DNA from: Nemertoderma westbladi
Lineage: Eukaryota; Animalia; Xenacoelomorpha
DNA: 38,588 bases
Direction: 5' to 3'
Assembly (NCBI GenBank): GCA_032718475.1
Contig: JAUCBJ010003811.1
Location: 1-38,588 of the forward strand
Numbering within the stretch: position 1 is the stretch's first letter; each line of letters begins with the position of its first letter. Made by a program: the position numbers and the translations under genes. The notes beneath the pieces are model-generated. The model worked only from the letters and a program-made list of their open reading frames with translations, was not told where the DNA came from and made no database searches. Positions 22,201 to 34,140 of this stretch are shown here, piece after piece.

Positions 22201-25200
22201 AATGTCCTCTATATCTATGAACCCACTCACCCCATCAATGTCCTCTATATCTATGAACCCACTCACCTCCATCAATGTCCTCTATATCTATGAACCCACA
22301 ACCCAATCACTTCCATCAATGTCCTCTATATCTATGAACCCACTCACCCCATCAATGTCCTCTATATCTATGAACCCACTCACCACATTAATGTCCTCTA
22401 TATCTCTGAACCCACTCACCCCATCAATGTCCTCTGTATCTATGAACCCACTCACCTCCATCAATGTCCTCTATATCTACGAACCCACTCACCCCCATCA
22501 ATGTCCTATATATCTATGAACCCACTCACCTCCATCAATGTCCTCTATATCTATGAACCCACTCACCCCATCAATGTCCTCTATATCTATGAACCCACTC
22601 ACCACATTAATGTCCTCTATATCTATGAACCCACTCACCCCATCAATGTTCTTTATATCTATGAACCCACTCACCCCCATTAATGTCCTCTATATCTATG
22701 AACCCACAACCCACTCACCTCCATCAATGTCCTATATATCTATGAACCCACTCACCACATTAATGTCCTCTATATCTATGAACCCACTCACCCCATCAAT
22801 GTTCTCTATATCTATGAACCCACTCACCCCCATTAATGTCCTCTATATCTATGAACCCACAACCCACTCACCTCCATCAATGTCCTATATATCTATGAAC
22901 CCACGCACCACATTAATGTCCTCTATATCTATGAACCCACTCACCCCCATCAATGTCCTCTATATCTATGAAACCACAACCCACTCACCTCCATCAATGT
23001 CCTCTATATCTATGAACCCACTCACCCCATCAATGTCCTCTATATCTATGAACCCACTCACCACATTAATGTCCTCTATATCTATGAACCCACAACCCAC
23101 TCACCTCCATCAATGTCCTATATATCTATGAACCCACGCACCACATTAATGTCCTCTATATCTATGAACCCACAACCCACTCACCTCCATCAATGTCCTC
23201 TATATCTATGAACCCACTCACCCCATCAATGTCCTCTATATCTATGAACCCACTCACCACATTAATGTCCTCTATATCTATGAACCCACTCACCCCCATC
23301 AATGTCCTATATATCTATGAACCCACTCACCACATTAATGTCCTCTATATCTATGAACCCACAACCCACTCACCTCCATCAATGTCCTCTATATCTATGA
23401 ACCCACTCACCCCATCAATGTCCTCTATATCTATGAGCCCACGCACCACATTAATGTCCTCTATATCTATGAACCCACAACCCACTCACCTCCATCAATG
23501 TCCTCTATATCTATGAACCCACTCACCCCATCAATGTCCTCTATATCTATGAACCCACGCACCACATTAATGTCCTCTATATCTATGAACCCACAACCCA
23601 CTCACCTCCATCAATGTCCTCTATATCTATGAACCCACTCACCCCATCAATGTCCTCTATATCTATGAACCCACGCACCACATTAATGTCCTCTATATCT
23701 ATGAACCCACAACCCACTCACCTCCATCAATGTCCTCTATATCTATGAACCCACTCACCCCCATCAATGTCCTATATATCTATGAACCCACGCACCACAT
23801 TAATGTCCTCTATATCTATGAACCCACAACCCACTCACCTCCATCAATGTCCTCTATATCTATAAACCCACTCACCCCATCAATGTCCTCTATATCTATG
23901 AACCCACTCACCCCATCAATGTCCTCTATATCTATGAACCCACTCACCACATCAATGTCCTCTATATCTATGAACCCACTCACCCCCATCAATGTCCTCT
24001 ATATCTATGAACCCACTCACCCCATCAATGTCCTCTATATCTATGAACCCACTCACCACATCAATGTCCTCTATATCTATGAACCCACTCACCTCCATCA
24101 ATGTCCTATATATCTATGAACCCACTCACCACATTAATGTCCTCTATATCTATGAACCCACAACCCACTCACCCCATCAATGTCCTCTATATCTATGAAC
24201 CCACACACCCCCATCAATGTCCTCTATATCTATGAACCCACACACCCCCATCAATGTCCTCTATATCTATGAACCCACTCACCTCCATCAATGTCCTATA
24301 TATCTATGAACCCACTCACCACATTAATGTCCTCTATATCTATGAACCCACAACCCACTCACCCCATCAATGTCCTCTATATCTATGAACCCACTCACCA
24401 CATTAATGTCCTCTATATCTATGAACCCACAACCCACTCACCTCCATCAATGTCCTATATATCTATGAACCCACTCACCCCCATCAATGTCCTCTATATC
24501 TATGAACCCACTCACCCCCATCAATGTCCTCTATATCTATGAACCCGCTCACCCCCATCAATGTCCTCTATATCTATGAACCCACTCACCCCCATCAATG
24601 TCCTCTATATCTATGAACCCACAATCCACTCACCTCCATCAATGTCCTCTATATCTATGAACCCACTCACCCCCATCAATGTCCTCTATATCTATGAACC
24701 CACTCACCCCCATCAATGTCCTCTATATCTATGAACCCACAATCCACTCACCTCCATCAATGTCCTCTATATCTATGAACCCACTCACCCCATCAATGTC
24801 CTCTATATCTATGAACCCACTCACCACATCAATGTCCTCTATATCTCTGAACCCACAACCCACTCACCTCCATCAATGTCCTCTATATCTATGAACCCAC
24901 TCACCCCATCAATGTCCTCTATATCTACAAACCCACTCACCCCCATCAATGTCCCCTATATCTATGAACCCACTCACCTCCATCAATGTCCTCTGCATCT
25001 ATGAACCCACTCACCCCCATCAATGTCCTCTATATCTATGAACCCACTCACCACATCAATGTCCTCTATATCTATGAACCCACTCACCCCCATCAATGTC
25101 CTCTATATCTATGAACCCACTCACCCCCATCAATGTCCTCTATATCTATTATCCCACTCACCCCATCAATGTTCTCTATATCTATGAACCCACTCACCAA

Positions 25201-28200
25201 ATCAATGTCCTCTATATCTCTGAACCCACAACCCACTCACCTCCATCAATGTCCTCTATATCTACGAACCCACTCACCCCCATCAATGTCCTCTATATCT
25301 ATGAACCCACTCACCCCCATCAATGTCCTCTATATCTATGAACCCACAATCCACTCACCTCCATCAATGTCCTCTATATCTATGAACCCACAACCCAATC
25401 ACCTCCATCAATGTCCTCTATATCTATGAACCCACTCACCCCATCAATGTCCTCTATATCTATGAACCCACTCACCCCATCAATGTCCTCTATATCTATG
25501 AACCCACTCACCACATCAATGTCCTCTATATCTATGAACCCACTCACCTCCATCAATGTCCTCTATATCTATGAACCCACAACCCAATCACCTCCATCAA
25601 TGTCCTCTATATCTATGAACCCACTCACCGAATCAATGTCCTCTATATCTATGAACCCACTCACCTCCATCAATGTCCTCTATATCTATGAACCCACAAC
25701 CCAATCACCTCCATCAATGTCCTCTATATCTATGAACCCACTCACCCCATCAATGTCCTCTATATCTATGAACCCACTCACCTCCATCAATGTCCTCTAT
25801 ATCTATGAACCCACAACCCAATCACCTCCATCAATGTCCTCTATATCTATGAACCCACTCACCCCATCAATGTTCTCTATATCTATGAACCCACTCACCA
25901 CATTAATGTCCTCTATATCTCTGAACCCACTCACCCCATCAATGTCCTCTGTATCTATGAACCCACTCACCTCCATCAATGTCCTCTATATCTACGAACC
26001 CACTCACCACATCAATGTCCTCTATATCTATGAACCCACTCACCCCCATCAATGTCCTCTATATCTATGAACCCACTCACCCCATCAATGTCCTCTATAT
26101 CTACAAACCCACTCACCCCCATCAATGTCCCCTATATCTATGAACCCACTCACCCCCATCAATGTCCTATATATCTATGAACCCACTCACCTCCATCAAT
26201 GTCCTCTATATCTATGAACCCACTCACCCCATCAATGTCCTCTATATCTATGAACCCACTCACCACATTAATGTCCTCTATATCTATGAACCCACTCACC
26301 CCATCAATGTTCTTTATATCTATGAACCCACTCACCCCCATTAATGTCCTCTATATCTATGAACCCACAACCCACTCACCTCCATCAATGTCCTATATAT
26401 CTATGAACCCACTCACCACATTAATGTCCTCTATATCTATGAACCCACTCACCCCATCAATGTTCTCTATATCTATGAACCCACTCACCCCCATTAATGT
26501 CCTCTATATCTATGAACCCACAACCCACTCACCTCCATCAATGTCCTATATATCTATGAACCCACGCACCACATTAAAGTCCTCTATATCTATGAACCCA
26601 CAACCCACTCACCTCCATCAATGTCCTCTATATCTATGAACCCACTCACCCCATCAATGTCCTCTATATCTATGAACCCACTCACCACATTAATGTCCTC
26701 TATATCTATGAACCCACAACCCACTCACCTCCATCAATGTCCTATATATCTATGAACCCACGCACCACATTAATGTCCTCTATATCTATGAACCCACAAC
26801 CCACTCACCTCCATCAATGTCCTCTATATCTATGAACCCACTCACCCCATCAATGTCCTCTATATCTATGAACCCACTCACCACATTAATGTCCTCTATA
26901 TCTATGAACCCACTCACCCCCATCAATGTCCTATATATCTATGAACCCACTCACCACATTAATGTCCTCTATATCTATGAACCCACAACCCACTCACCTC
27001 CATCAATGTCCTCTATATCTATGAACCCACTCACCCCATCAATGTCCTCTATATCTATGAACCCACGCACCACATTAATGTCCTCTATATCTATGAACCC
27101 ACAACCCACTCACCTCCATCAATGTCCTCTATATCTATGAACCCACTCACCCCATCAATGTCCTCTATATCTATGAACCCACGCACCACATTAATGTCCT
27201 CTATATCTATGAACCCACAACCCACTCACCTCCATCAATGTCCTCTATATCTATGAACCCACTCACCCCATCAATGTCCTCTATATCTATGAACCCACGC
27301 ACCACATTAATGTCCTCTATATCTATGAACCCACAACCCACTCACCTCCATCAATGTCCTCTATATCTATGAACCCACTCACCCCCATCAATGTCCTATA
27401 TATCTATGAACCCACGCACCACATTAATGTCCTCTATATCTATGAACCCACAACCCACTCACCTCCATCAATGTCCTCTATATCTATAAACCCACTCACC
27501 CCATCAATGTCCTCTATATCTATGAACCCACTCACCCCATCAATGTCCTCTATATCTATGAACCCACTCACCACATCAATGTCCTCTATATCTATGAACC
27601 CACTCACCCCCATCAATGTCCTCTATATCTATGAACCCACTCACCCCATCAATGTCCTCTATATCTATGAACCCACTCACCACATCAATGTCCTCTATAT
27701 CTATGAACCCACTCACCTCCATCAATGTCCTATATATCTATGAACCCACTCACCACATTAATGTCCTCTATATCTATGAACCCACAACCCACTCACCCCA
27801 TCAATGTCCTCTATATCTATGAACCCACACACCCCCATCAATGTCCTCTATATCTATGAACCCACACACCCCCATCAATGTCCTCTATATCTATGAACCC
27901 ACTCACCTCCATCAATGTCCTATATATCTATGAACCCACTCACCACATTAATGTCCTCTATATCTATGAACCCACAACCCACTCACCTCCATCAATGTCC
28001 TATATATCTATGAACCCACTCACCCCCATCAATGTCCTCTATATCTATGAACCCACTCACCCCCATCAATGTCCTCTATATCTATGAACCCGCTCACCCC
28101 CATCAATGTCCTCTATATCTATGAACCCACTCACCCCCATCAATGTCCTCTATATCTATGAACCCACAATCCACTCACCTCCATCAATGTCCTCTATATC

Positions 28201-30108
28201 TATGAACCCACTCACCCCCATCAATGTCCTCTATATCTATGAACCCACTCACCCCCATCAATGTCCTCTATATCTATGAACCCACAATCCACTCACCTCC
28301 ATCAATGTCCTCTATATCTATGAACCCACTCACCCCATCAATGTCCTCTATATCTATGAACCCACTCACCACATCAATGTCCTCTATATCTCTGAACCCA
28401 CAACCCACTCACCTCCATCAATGTCCTCTATATCTATGAACCCACTCACCCCCATCAATGTCCTCTATATCTATGAACCCACTCACCCCCATCAATGTCC
28501 TCTATATCTATGAACCCACAATCCACTCACCTCCATCAATGTCCTCTATATCTATGAACCCACTCACCCCATCAATGTCCTCTATATCTATGAACCCACT
28601 CACCACATCAATGTCCTCTATATCTCTGAACCCACAACCCACTCACCCCCATCAATGTCCTCTATATCTATGAACCCACTCACCCCATCAATGTCCTCTA
28701 TATCTACAAACCCACTCACCCCCATCAATGTCCCCTATATCTATGAACCCACTCACCTCCATCAATGTCCTCTGCATCTATGAACCCACTCACCCCCATC
28801 AATGTCCTCTATATCTATGAACCCACTCACCACATCAATGTCCTCTATATCTATGAACCCACTCACCCCCATCAATGTCCTCTATATCTATGAACCCACT
28901 CACCCCCATCAATGTCCTCTATATCTATTATCCCACTCACCCCATCAATGTTCTCTATATCTATGAACCCACTCACCACATCAATGTCCTCTATATCTCT
29001 GAACCCACAACCCACTCACCTCCATCAATGTCCTCTATATCTACGAACCCACTCACCCCCATCAATGTCCTCTATATCTATGAACCCACTCACCCCCATC
29101 AATGTCCTCTATATCTATGAACCCACTCACCCCCATCAATGTCCTCTATATATATGAACCCACTCACCCCATCAATGTCCTCTATATCTCTGAACCCACA
29201 ATCCACTCACCTCCATCAATGCCCTCTATATCTATGAACCCACTCACCCAATCAATGTCCTCTATATCTATGAACCCACTCACCTCCATTAATGTCCTCT
29301 ATATCTATGAACCCACTCACCCCCATCAATGTCCTCTATATCTATGAACCCACTCACCCCCATCAATGTCCTCTATATCTATGAACCCACAACCCACTCA
29401 CCTCCACCAATGTCCTCTATATCTATGAACCCACTCACCCCCCATCAATGTCCTCTGTATCTATGAACCCACTCACCCCATCAATGTCCTCTGTATCTAT
29501 GAACCCACTCACCCCCATCAGTGTCCTCTGTATCTATGAACCCACTCACCCCCATCAATGTCCTCTATATCTATGAACCCACAACCCACTCACCTCCATC
29601 AATGTCCTCTATATCTATGCACCCACTCACCCCATCAATGTCCTCTATATCTATGAACCCACTCACCACATTAATGTCCTCCATATCTATGAACCCACTC
29701 ACCCCCATCAATGTCCTCTATATCTATGCACCCACAACCCACTCACCTCCATCAATGTCCTCTATATCTATGAACCCACTCACCCCATCAATGTCCTCTA
29801 TATCTATGAACCCACTCACCTCCATCAATGTCCTCTGTACCTTATGAACCCACTCACTCTCATCAATGCCCTCTATATCTATGAACCCACTCACCCCTAT
29901 CAATGTCCTCTATATCTATGAACCCACTCACCTCCATCAATGTCCTCTGTACCTTATGAACCCACTCACTCTCATCAATGCCCTCTATATCTATGAACCC
30001 ACTCACCCCCATCAATGTCCTCTATATCTATGAACCCACTCACCCCCATCAATGTCCTCTATATCTATGAACCCACTCACCCCCATCAATGTCCTCTGTA
30101 TCTACGAA
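7275..30108. repeat. 22.8-kb tandem satellite with 36/37/44-bp units (roughly 600 units)
   Basis: Nearly constant 28-nt core ATCAATGTCCTCTATATCTATGAACCCA plus a variable C-rich module of 8, 9 or 16 nt. No interruption seen; single orientation throughout. Confidence 0.99.
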
Positions 30109-30364
30109 TCTGATATCTGAGATGGTGTATTCATAGTGGGCCATTTTACTTGTGTGAGGCAGATTTAGTGTTTTTTTTACCGCAGCCAAAACCAGCTGAT
30201 ACTATGAACTATATTCTATTATTATTTATCCCTGTTTGTACATATTAGAGTTTTAATTTTATTTTCCTGATCTTGGGCGGATCAGATATTTTACAATGTG
30301 ATAATTAATAACGTAATTAATTATCGTTTAATCGCAAAACATTTATTAATCCCACCACGGTTAA

Positions 30365-30640
30365 CTGCGGTCACCAGATTGAGACAGGGGGGTGGGGGGG
30401 GGGGGGGGGGGGGGAATTTCGACGCGAATCCCATCTCAGCTAGTCTCAATTTTAAATTCTCAATTTAGGGAAAGGAGCAGGTTACAGTGGCACGTTATTC
30501 TAATCAAAACAATAAACTAAAGTTAATAGAACAGGTTACAGTTTTATTTTTAGGAGTAATCAGCTGTTATTTGCGTCGATTTTCCCCTGGAGAAGGAAGA
30601 ATATTTATTGCGCCGAAAGTCCCGCCCATATCTGTGCAGA
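30365..30640 (-). mobile_element. MITE-like dispersed repeat, copy 3 (inverted)
   Basis: GAAAGGAGCAGGTTACAGTGG...GAGTAATCAGCTGTTATTTGCGTCGATTTTCCCCTGGA is the reverse complement of the copy 1 core. GAGACAGGGGGG mirrors CCCCCCTGTCTC of copy 1. Confidence 0.75.
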
Positions 30641-30878
30641 TTACATCGATTAGTTTTTATATAAGAGACAGGAATATCGAAAAACTCAAATAACTTGTAA
30701 CAAATTAAACATTATTGTATTATATCTACATAATATTGTATCATACAGACATACTGTATGATTAAAGGGTAGACCTAGTTAGTACAGGTGCGGGGTAAAA
30801 AAAGAGAGTCAAGTTCCTTCCAAATTTATAAAATATTAAAGCCAATAAATTAGCACTTTGGTGGATCGAAACGTTTTG

Positions 30879-31664
30879 CTAATCAGTTGATTCAACGCAG
30901 TTATCGGTCAGAGTCTGTTCACTGATGTTCGATTTATCTAAACCATTCTCTACCGGAGTAACGGGTGCTTCTGCCACGTTATCGGCATTCCCATTCTCCA
31001 CTCCACCCTCTTTGCCCCCCTCTATCCCGTTCTCCACCCCACCCCCCCTATCGACATCTACCCCGTTCTCCACCCTGTTAGGCCACGACAACGGTTTGGG
31101 CGGGGTCCCTCGCAACGTTTTCTGTAGAACATAAGCATCCGGTGGCTCAATCCTCTTGTAATAGTTCTCGCGGACATCGATTATCTCGAACCCGAACCGC
31201 CTATAGAATTCGATCGCGCTATCGTTGCTTATCTGCACGTGGAGGTAAACGCCGTCCATCTTCCCGTCTGTCTCACACAAACTCAACACGTGATCAACCA
31301 TCACCTTACCGATTCCCATATTACGGTAAGCCGCCAGACACCCCAGAGTCATTATGTAGAGACGACGTTGGTTGTTGGAGGTGTCGATTCGACAGCAAAC
31401 AGCGCCGACTGCAATGTCGTTAAAGTAGGCGAGTTTGGCGAGGTCTCCAACATGCAGAACGTCGATGTAGAACTTCTCGTTATAGGCCACCGGGAATACC
31501 ACCTGGTTGAGTCGTTTCAGTTGCTGCAGATTGTGTTGGGTTATAGTTCCCAGGTCTATACGGCCACCGTAACGCCCCGGGGTGGAGCATGTCGATGTTG
31601 GGTTCGTCTTCGGGAATGAAGTCACGCTGGGGAATAATACGGATACGTCCTTGTCTTTACCCAT
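30879..31664 (-). CDS. NAA50: N-alpha-acetyltransferase 50 (NatE catalytic subunit, San/Nat5), 261 aa, single coding exon
   Basis: Core RIDLGTITQHNLQQLKRLNQVVFPVAYNEKFY...LAKLAYFNDIAVGAVCCR...LYIMTLGCLAAYR-x-x-GIG...YLHVQISN-x-SAI-x-FY-x-x-FGF...YYKRIEP-x-DA-x-VLQK closely matches metazoan Naa50 (GNAT fold). Intact ORF with ATG and TAG. Confidence 0.96.
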   Translation of the reverse strand: MGKDKDVSVLFPSVTSFPKTNPTSTCSTPGRYGGRIDLGTITQHNLQQLKRLNQVVFPVAYNEKFYIDVLHVGDLAKLAYFNDIAVGAVCCRIDTSNNQRRLYIMTLGCLAAYRNMGIGKVMVDHVLSLCETDGKMDGVYLHVQISNDSAIEFYRRFGFEIIDVRENYYKRIEPPDAYVLQKTLRGTPPKPLSWPNRVENGVDVDRGGGVENGIEGGKEGGVENGNADNVAEAPVTPVENGLDKSNISEQTLTDNCVESTD

Positions 31665-31699
31665 AACTGCATAACCCTACAGCTAACCAGTAGGCTAAT

Positions 31700-32245
31700 T
31701 AAATTACCGTATTTATTTATAATCTGACACCTATCTGCCTATCTCAGTATCTGATACTGATATTACTGTATTAATACAGTAATCTGGTAATATGTACAGA
31801 TGTAGGCCTACCTGGCTGCCTGGTGCCTGGTACCAGTACCGGTAATATTACCGGATCGGTATAATGCTACAGTCGTACACAGGTACAGTTACCAGTTACA
31901 GTCAACAGTCGACTGTATTTCTGTATTTAGACATTACTGCATTAGCATTACAGCATTACAGCATTACCGCTCTTCTGTAGTACTGTACAGTAGTAAACCT
32001 AGTACTGCTCTACCGGTAACCGGTACAGCATTACAAATAAAGTTTATCTGATTACAGGATTAGCAGACGTTCTGACTTCCGACCAGGACTTCAGGCTGTC
32101 AGGACTCGCATATTCGCTAGATCTATAGATATTACAGGACGCGAACTTCATAGACACGGAATTAGATCCGGGGTGTACTATAATAGTGGTTCGACCTTAG
32201 ATCCTAGACGCGAACTTAGATCGGGTGCGAACTTAGATTTTTATA
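31700..32245 (-). promoter_or_regulatory. Putative NAA50 5' UTR intron / promoter region
   Basis: Lies immediately upstream of the ATG. AG acceptor-like sites (CTGTAG, TGCAG) within 15 nt of the ATG on the - strand. Repeated CGAACTTAGAT-like motifs at about 32140-32238 and many short palindromes. Confidence 0.3.
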
Positions 32246-32833
32246 TTATCGTTCATTCGATTTAAAAAAAATGTAAGCGCGAAACACCGCATTTTTTATT
32301 CATTTTCAATTGAGCGAAATTCAACATCTATCCAAGTGGTTGAGTATTACACTAGTTGGTAAGCTTTTACACGGCTGCCGTTGATAAATCACACCCGTCT
32401 GCCCGTGGGTCATTTTACCTATAAATAAAGCAACAAAAGCAAACAAAAATGGCATAGCCACGCCTCAGGCCATGTGGAGAAAAAAAATAAAAACATATTG
32501 TGGCAGCCATGTGCCACGTGAAAGATTATTAACTGTTTACTCAAAGACTTATAATCTACATCGAGTAGCACTTTATAAGATTATGGTGAGGGGCTACAAG
32601 CGTTCTAAAAATATGTCTGCGGTGAAATTGCACCTACACCGCGTTATTCTTCAACTTTATAGGGTACCGATGGATAGCTGGCCGGACGTGCAAGAATTCC
32701 AAATGTAACAACATTTTAATTTGGTTGGGAAATAGCTGTGATATTATAGCTTTCAAAAGTTGCATGGTTTTGCACCTGCATGAGGCTATTTCATTATACA
32801 GTATTTAATAACCCTACACCATATTCTGGAACA

Positions 32834-33672
32834 TTTGCTGATGACTTAGGAGTACTCTCAGAATCACTATAGAGGGAGCCCAACTGCCCAACGGCTCCTC
32901 AGCTCATTTAGAACATGCTGCTTCTAGTGTTGGTCTTTTTATTAACTCCAGAAAAACCAAAATTTTGACAGTTAACTTTGAAAGTTCTCAGCAAGTCACT
33001 GATCCGATGAGCATAAGCTCAAAGGGTGGTATGCTTGAGCATGTGGACGACTTCTGTTACCTGGGATGATGGATCCGGAAGTCAGGTGAGGACCTTCGAA
33101 TACGTAAGGGGAAAGGCATGGGCAGCCTTGAATATGCTTTCCAGGATTTGGAAGTCACCGAGAATTAATCGGAAACTTAAGGTCCGACTATTTGGAGCAG
33201 CAGTAGTTCCAGTACTCCTCCATGGGAGTCCATGCTAGGCTCTAACTGCTGAGGACACCAAATCTCTGGATGGCACATTCACAAGAATGCTACGCCGGGT
33301 TAATTGTATCAAGTACAAATGCACACATCTTCAACCAGACACTATATAACATTGGAGGTGTCTCATTGGTTCCCCCAAGCTTTGACACTAGAACAAAATC
33401 GCCTCCGCTTTGCAGGACATTGCTTTCGCCGTGAGGACCAGCCAGTGCATAATCTTGTACTTTGGCAGCTTCATGGAGTGAATAAGCATGGTGGACAGAC
33501 CATGACTTTCTTGAGACGCATCTTAAAGGACACTGGCCTTGAAGATGCGGATGATTTAGCAAATGTCATGGGTGATAGGGAGTTGTGGCGGCGCAATTTA
33601 GTCGACAAGCCGACACAGCATTCTTAAAAATGCAGCTGCAATGCAGCATGCCGATCCTAGTAGTAGTAGTAG
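32834..33672 (+). mobile_element. 5'-truncated, decayed RTE-clade LINE (RT C-terminal half plus microsatellite tail)
   Basis: Translating across frameshifts and stops gives FADDL, VGLFINSRKTKIL, VDDFCYLG, LSRIWKS...KLKVRLF...VVPVLLHG, LDGTFTRMLRRV, RLRFAGHCFR and DRELWR. Short 3' UTR ending in (TAG)5 at 33658-33672, typical of RTE elements. Confidence 0.88.
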
Positions 33673-34140
33673 TAATTAATATATGATTAGCTATAGTATG
33701 AGTATGATTAAACAGGTATTGCATTGTTGCTCAGATAGTGTATTGGATAATCAAAATGTTCAGAATATTATATAAATTTAATTAAAAATATTAATTATTA
33801 TTAAATATTATTAAAAATATATTTTAATAAATTAAATTTATGTATATTTGTTAAATAGAATAAAATAGCCTTGTGGTTATAGCCTTTTGAACCCTCAATA
33901 GCCTTTTGAACCCTCATATCCCAGTTATTTTACGTCGAAATTCCGTTTGTGTTATACAGTATATTTGGAATCCTTGCATATCCAGCTTTCCATCAGTACT
34001 TATTGTTTATGAACAGTTTTCCACACAGAGCATGCACATAACTAGTATAAATAAAATATACAGTATTATATATGGACATATCATGTAAATATAGTGTATC
34101 TACTGTATATATTAATTATTTTGAATAAAACATACTCTGT

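Noticed and set aside
7062-29847. Dozens of ORFs (MSSISMNPLTP / INVLYIYEPTHP / GVSGFIDIEDID) as a mucin-like or repeat-protein gene
   Set aside because: They are translations of the satellite. Units of 37 and 44 bp shift the frame and regularly reach the frame ending QCPLYL-stop, so no long frame is maintained.
7275-30108. CRISPR array (constant 28-nt repeat plus variable part)
   Set aside because: Variable parts are only 8-16 nt, come from a few related C-rich variants and are not unique spacers. There are no cas genes and the context is eukaryotic.
7275-30108. Telomeric repeat or telomere
   Set aside because: Strand asymmetry is telomere-like, but there is no TTAGGG/TTAGG-type short unit and genes flank both sides.
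30487-31619. ORFs 30487, 30925, 31142 and 31239 (+)
   Set aside because: One lies within MITE copy 3 and the others are antisense shadows of NAA50.
1651-31664. GALT and NAA50 as a functional gene cluster
   Set aside because: They belong to unrelated pathways (Leloir pathway and N-terminal acetylation), and adjacency alone is not evidence.
33760-33916. AT-only quasi-palindromes and a 19-bp direct duplication (ATAGCCTTTTGAACCCTCA x2)
   Set aside because: Expected from low-complexity composition and ordinary slippage.
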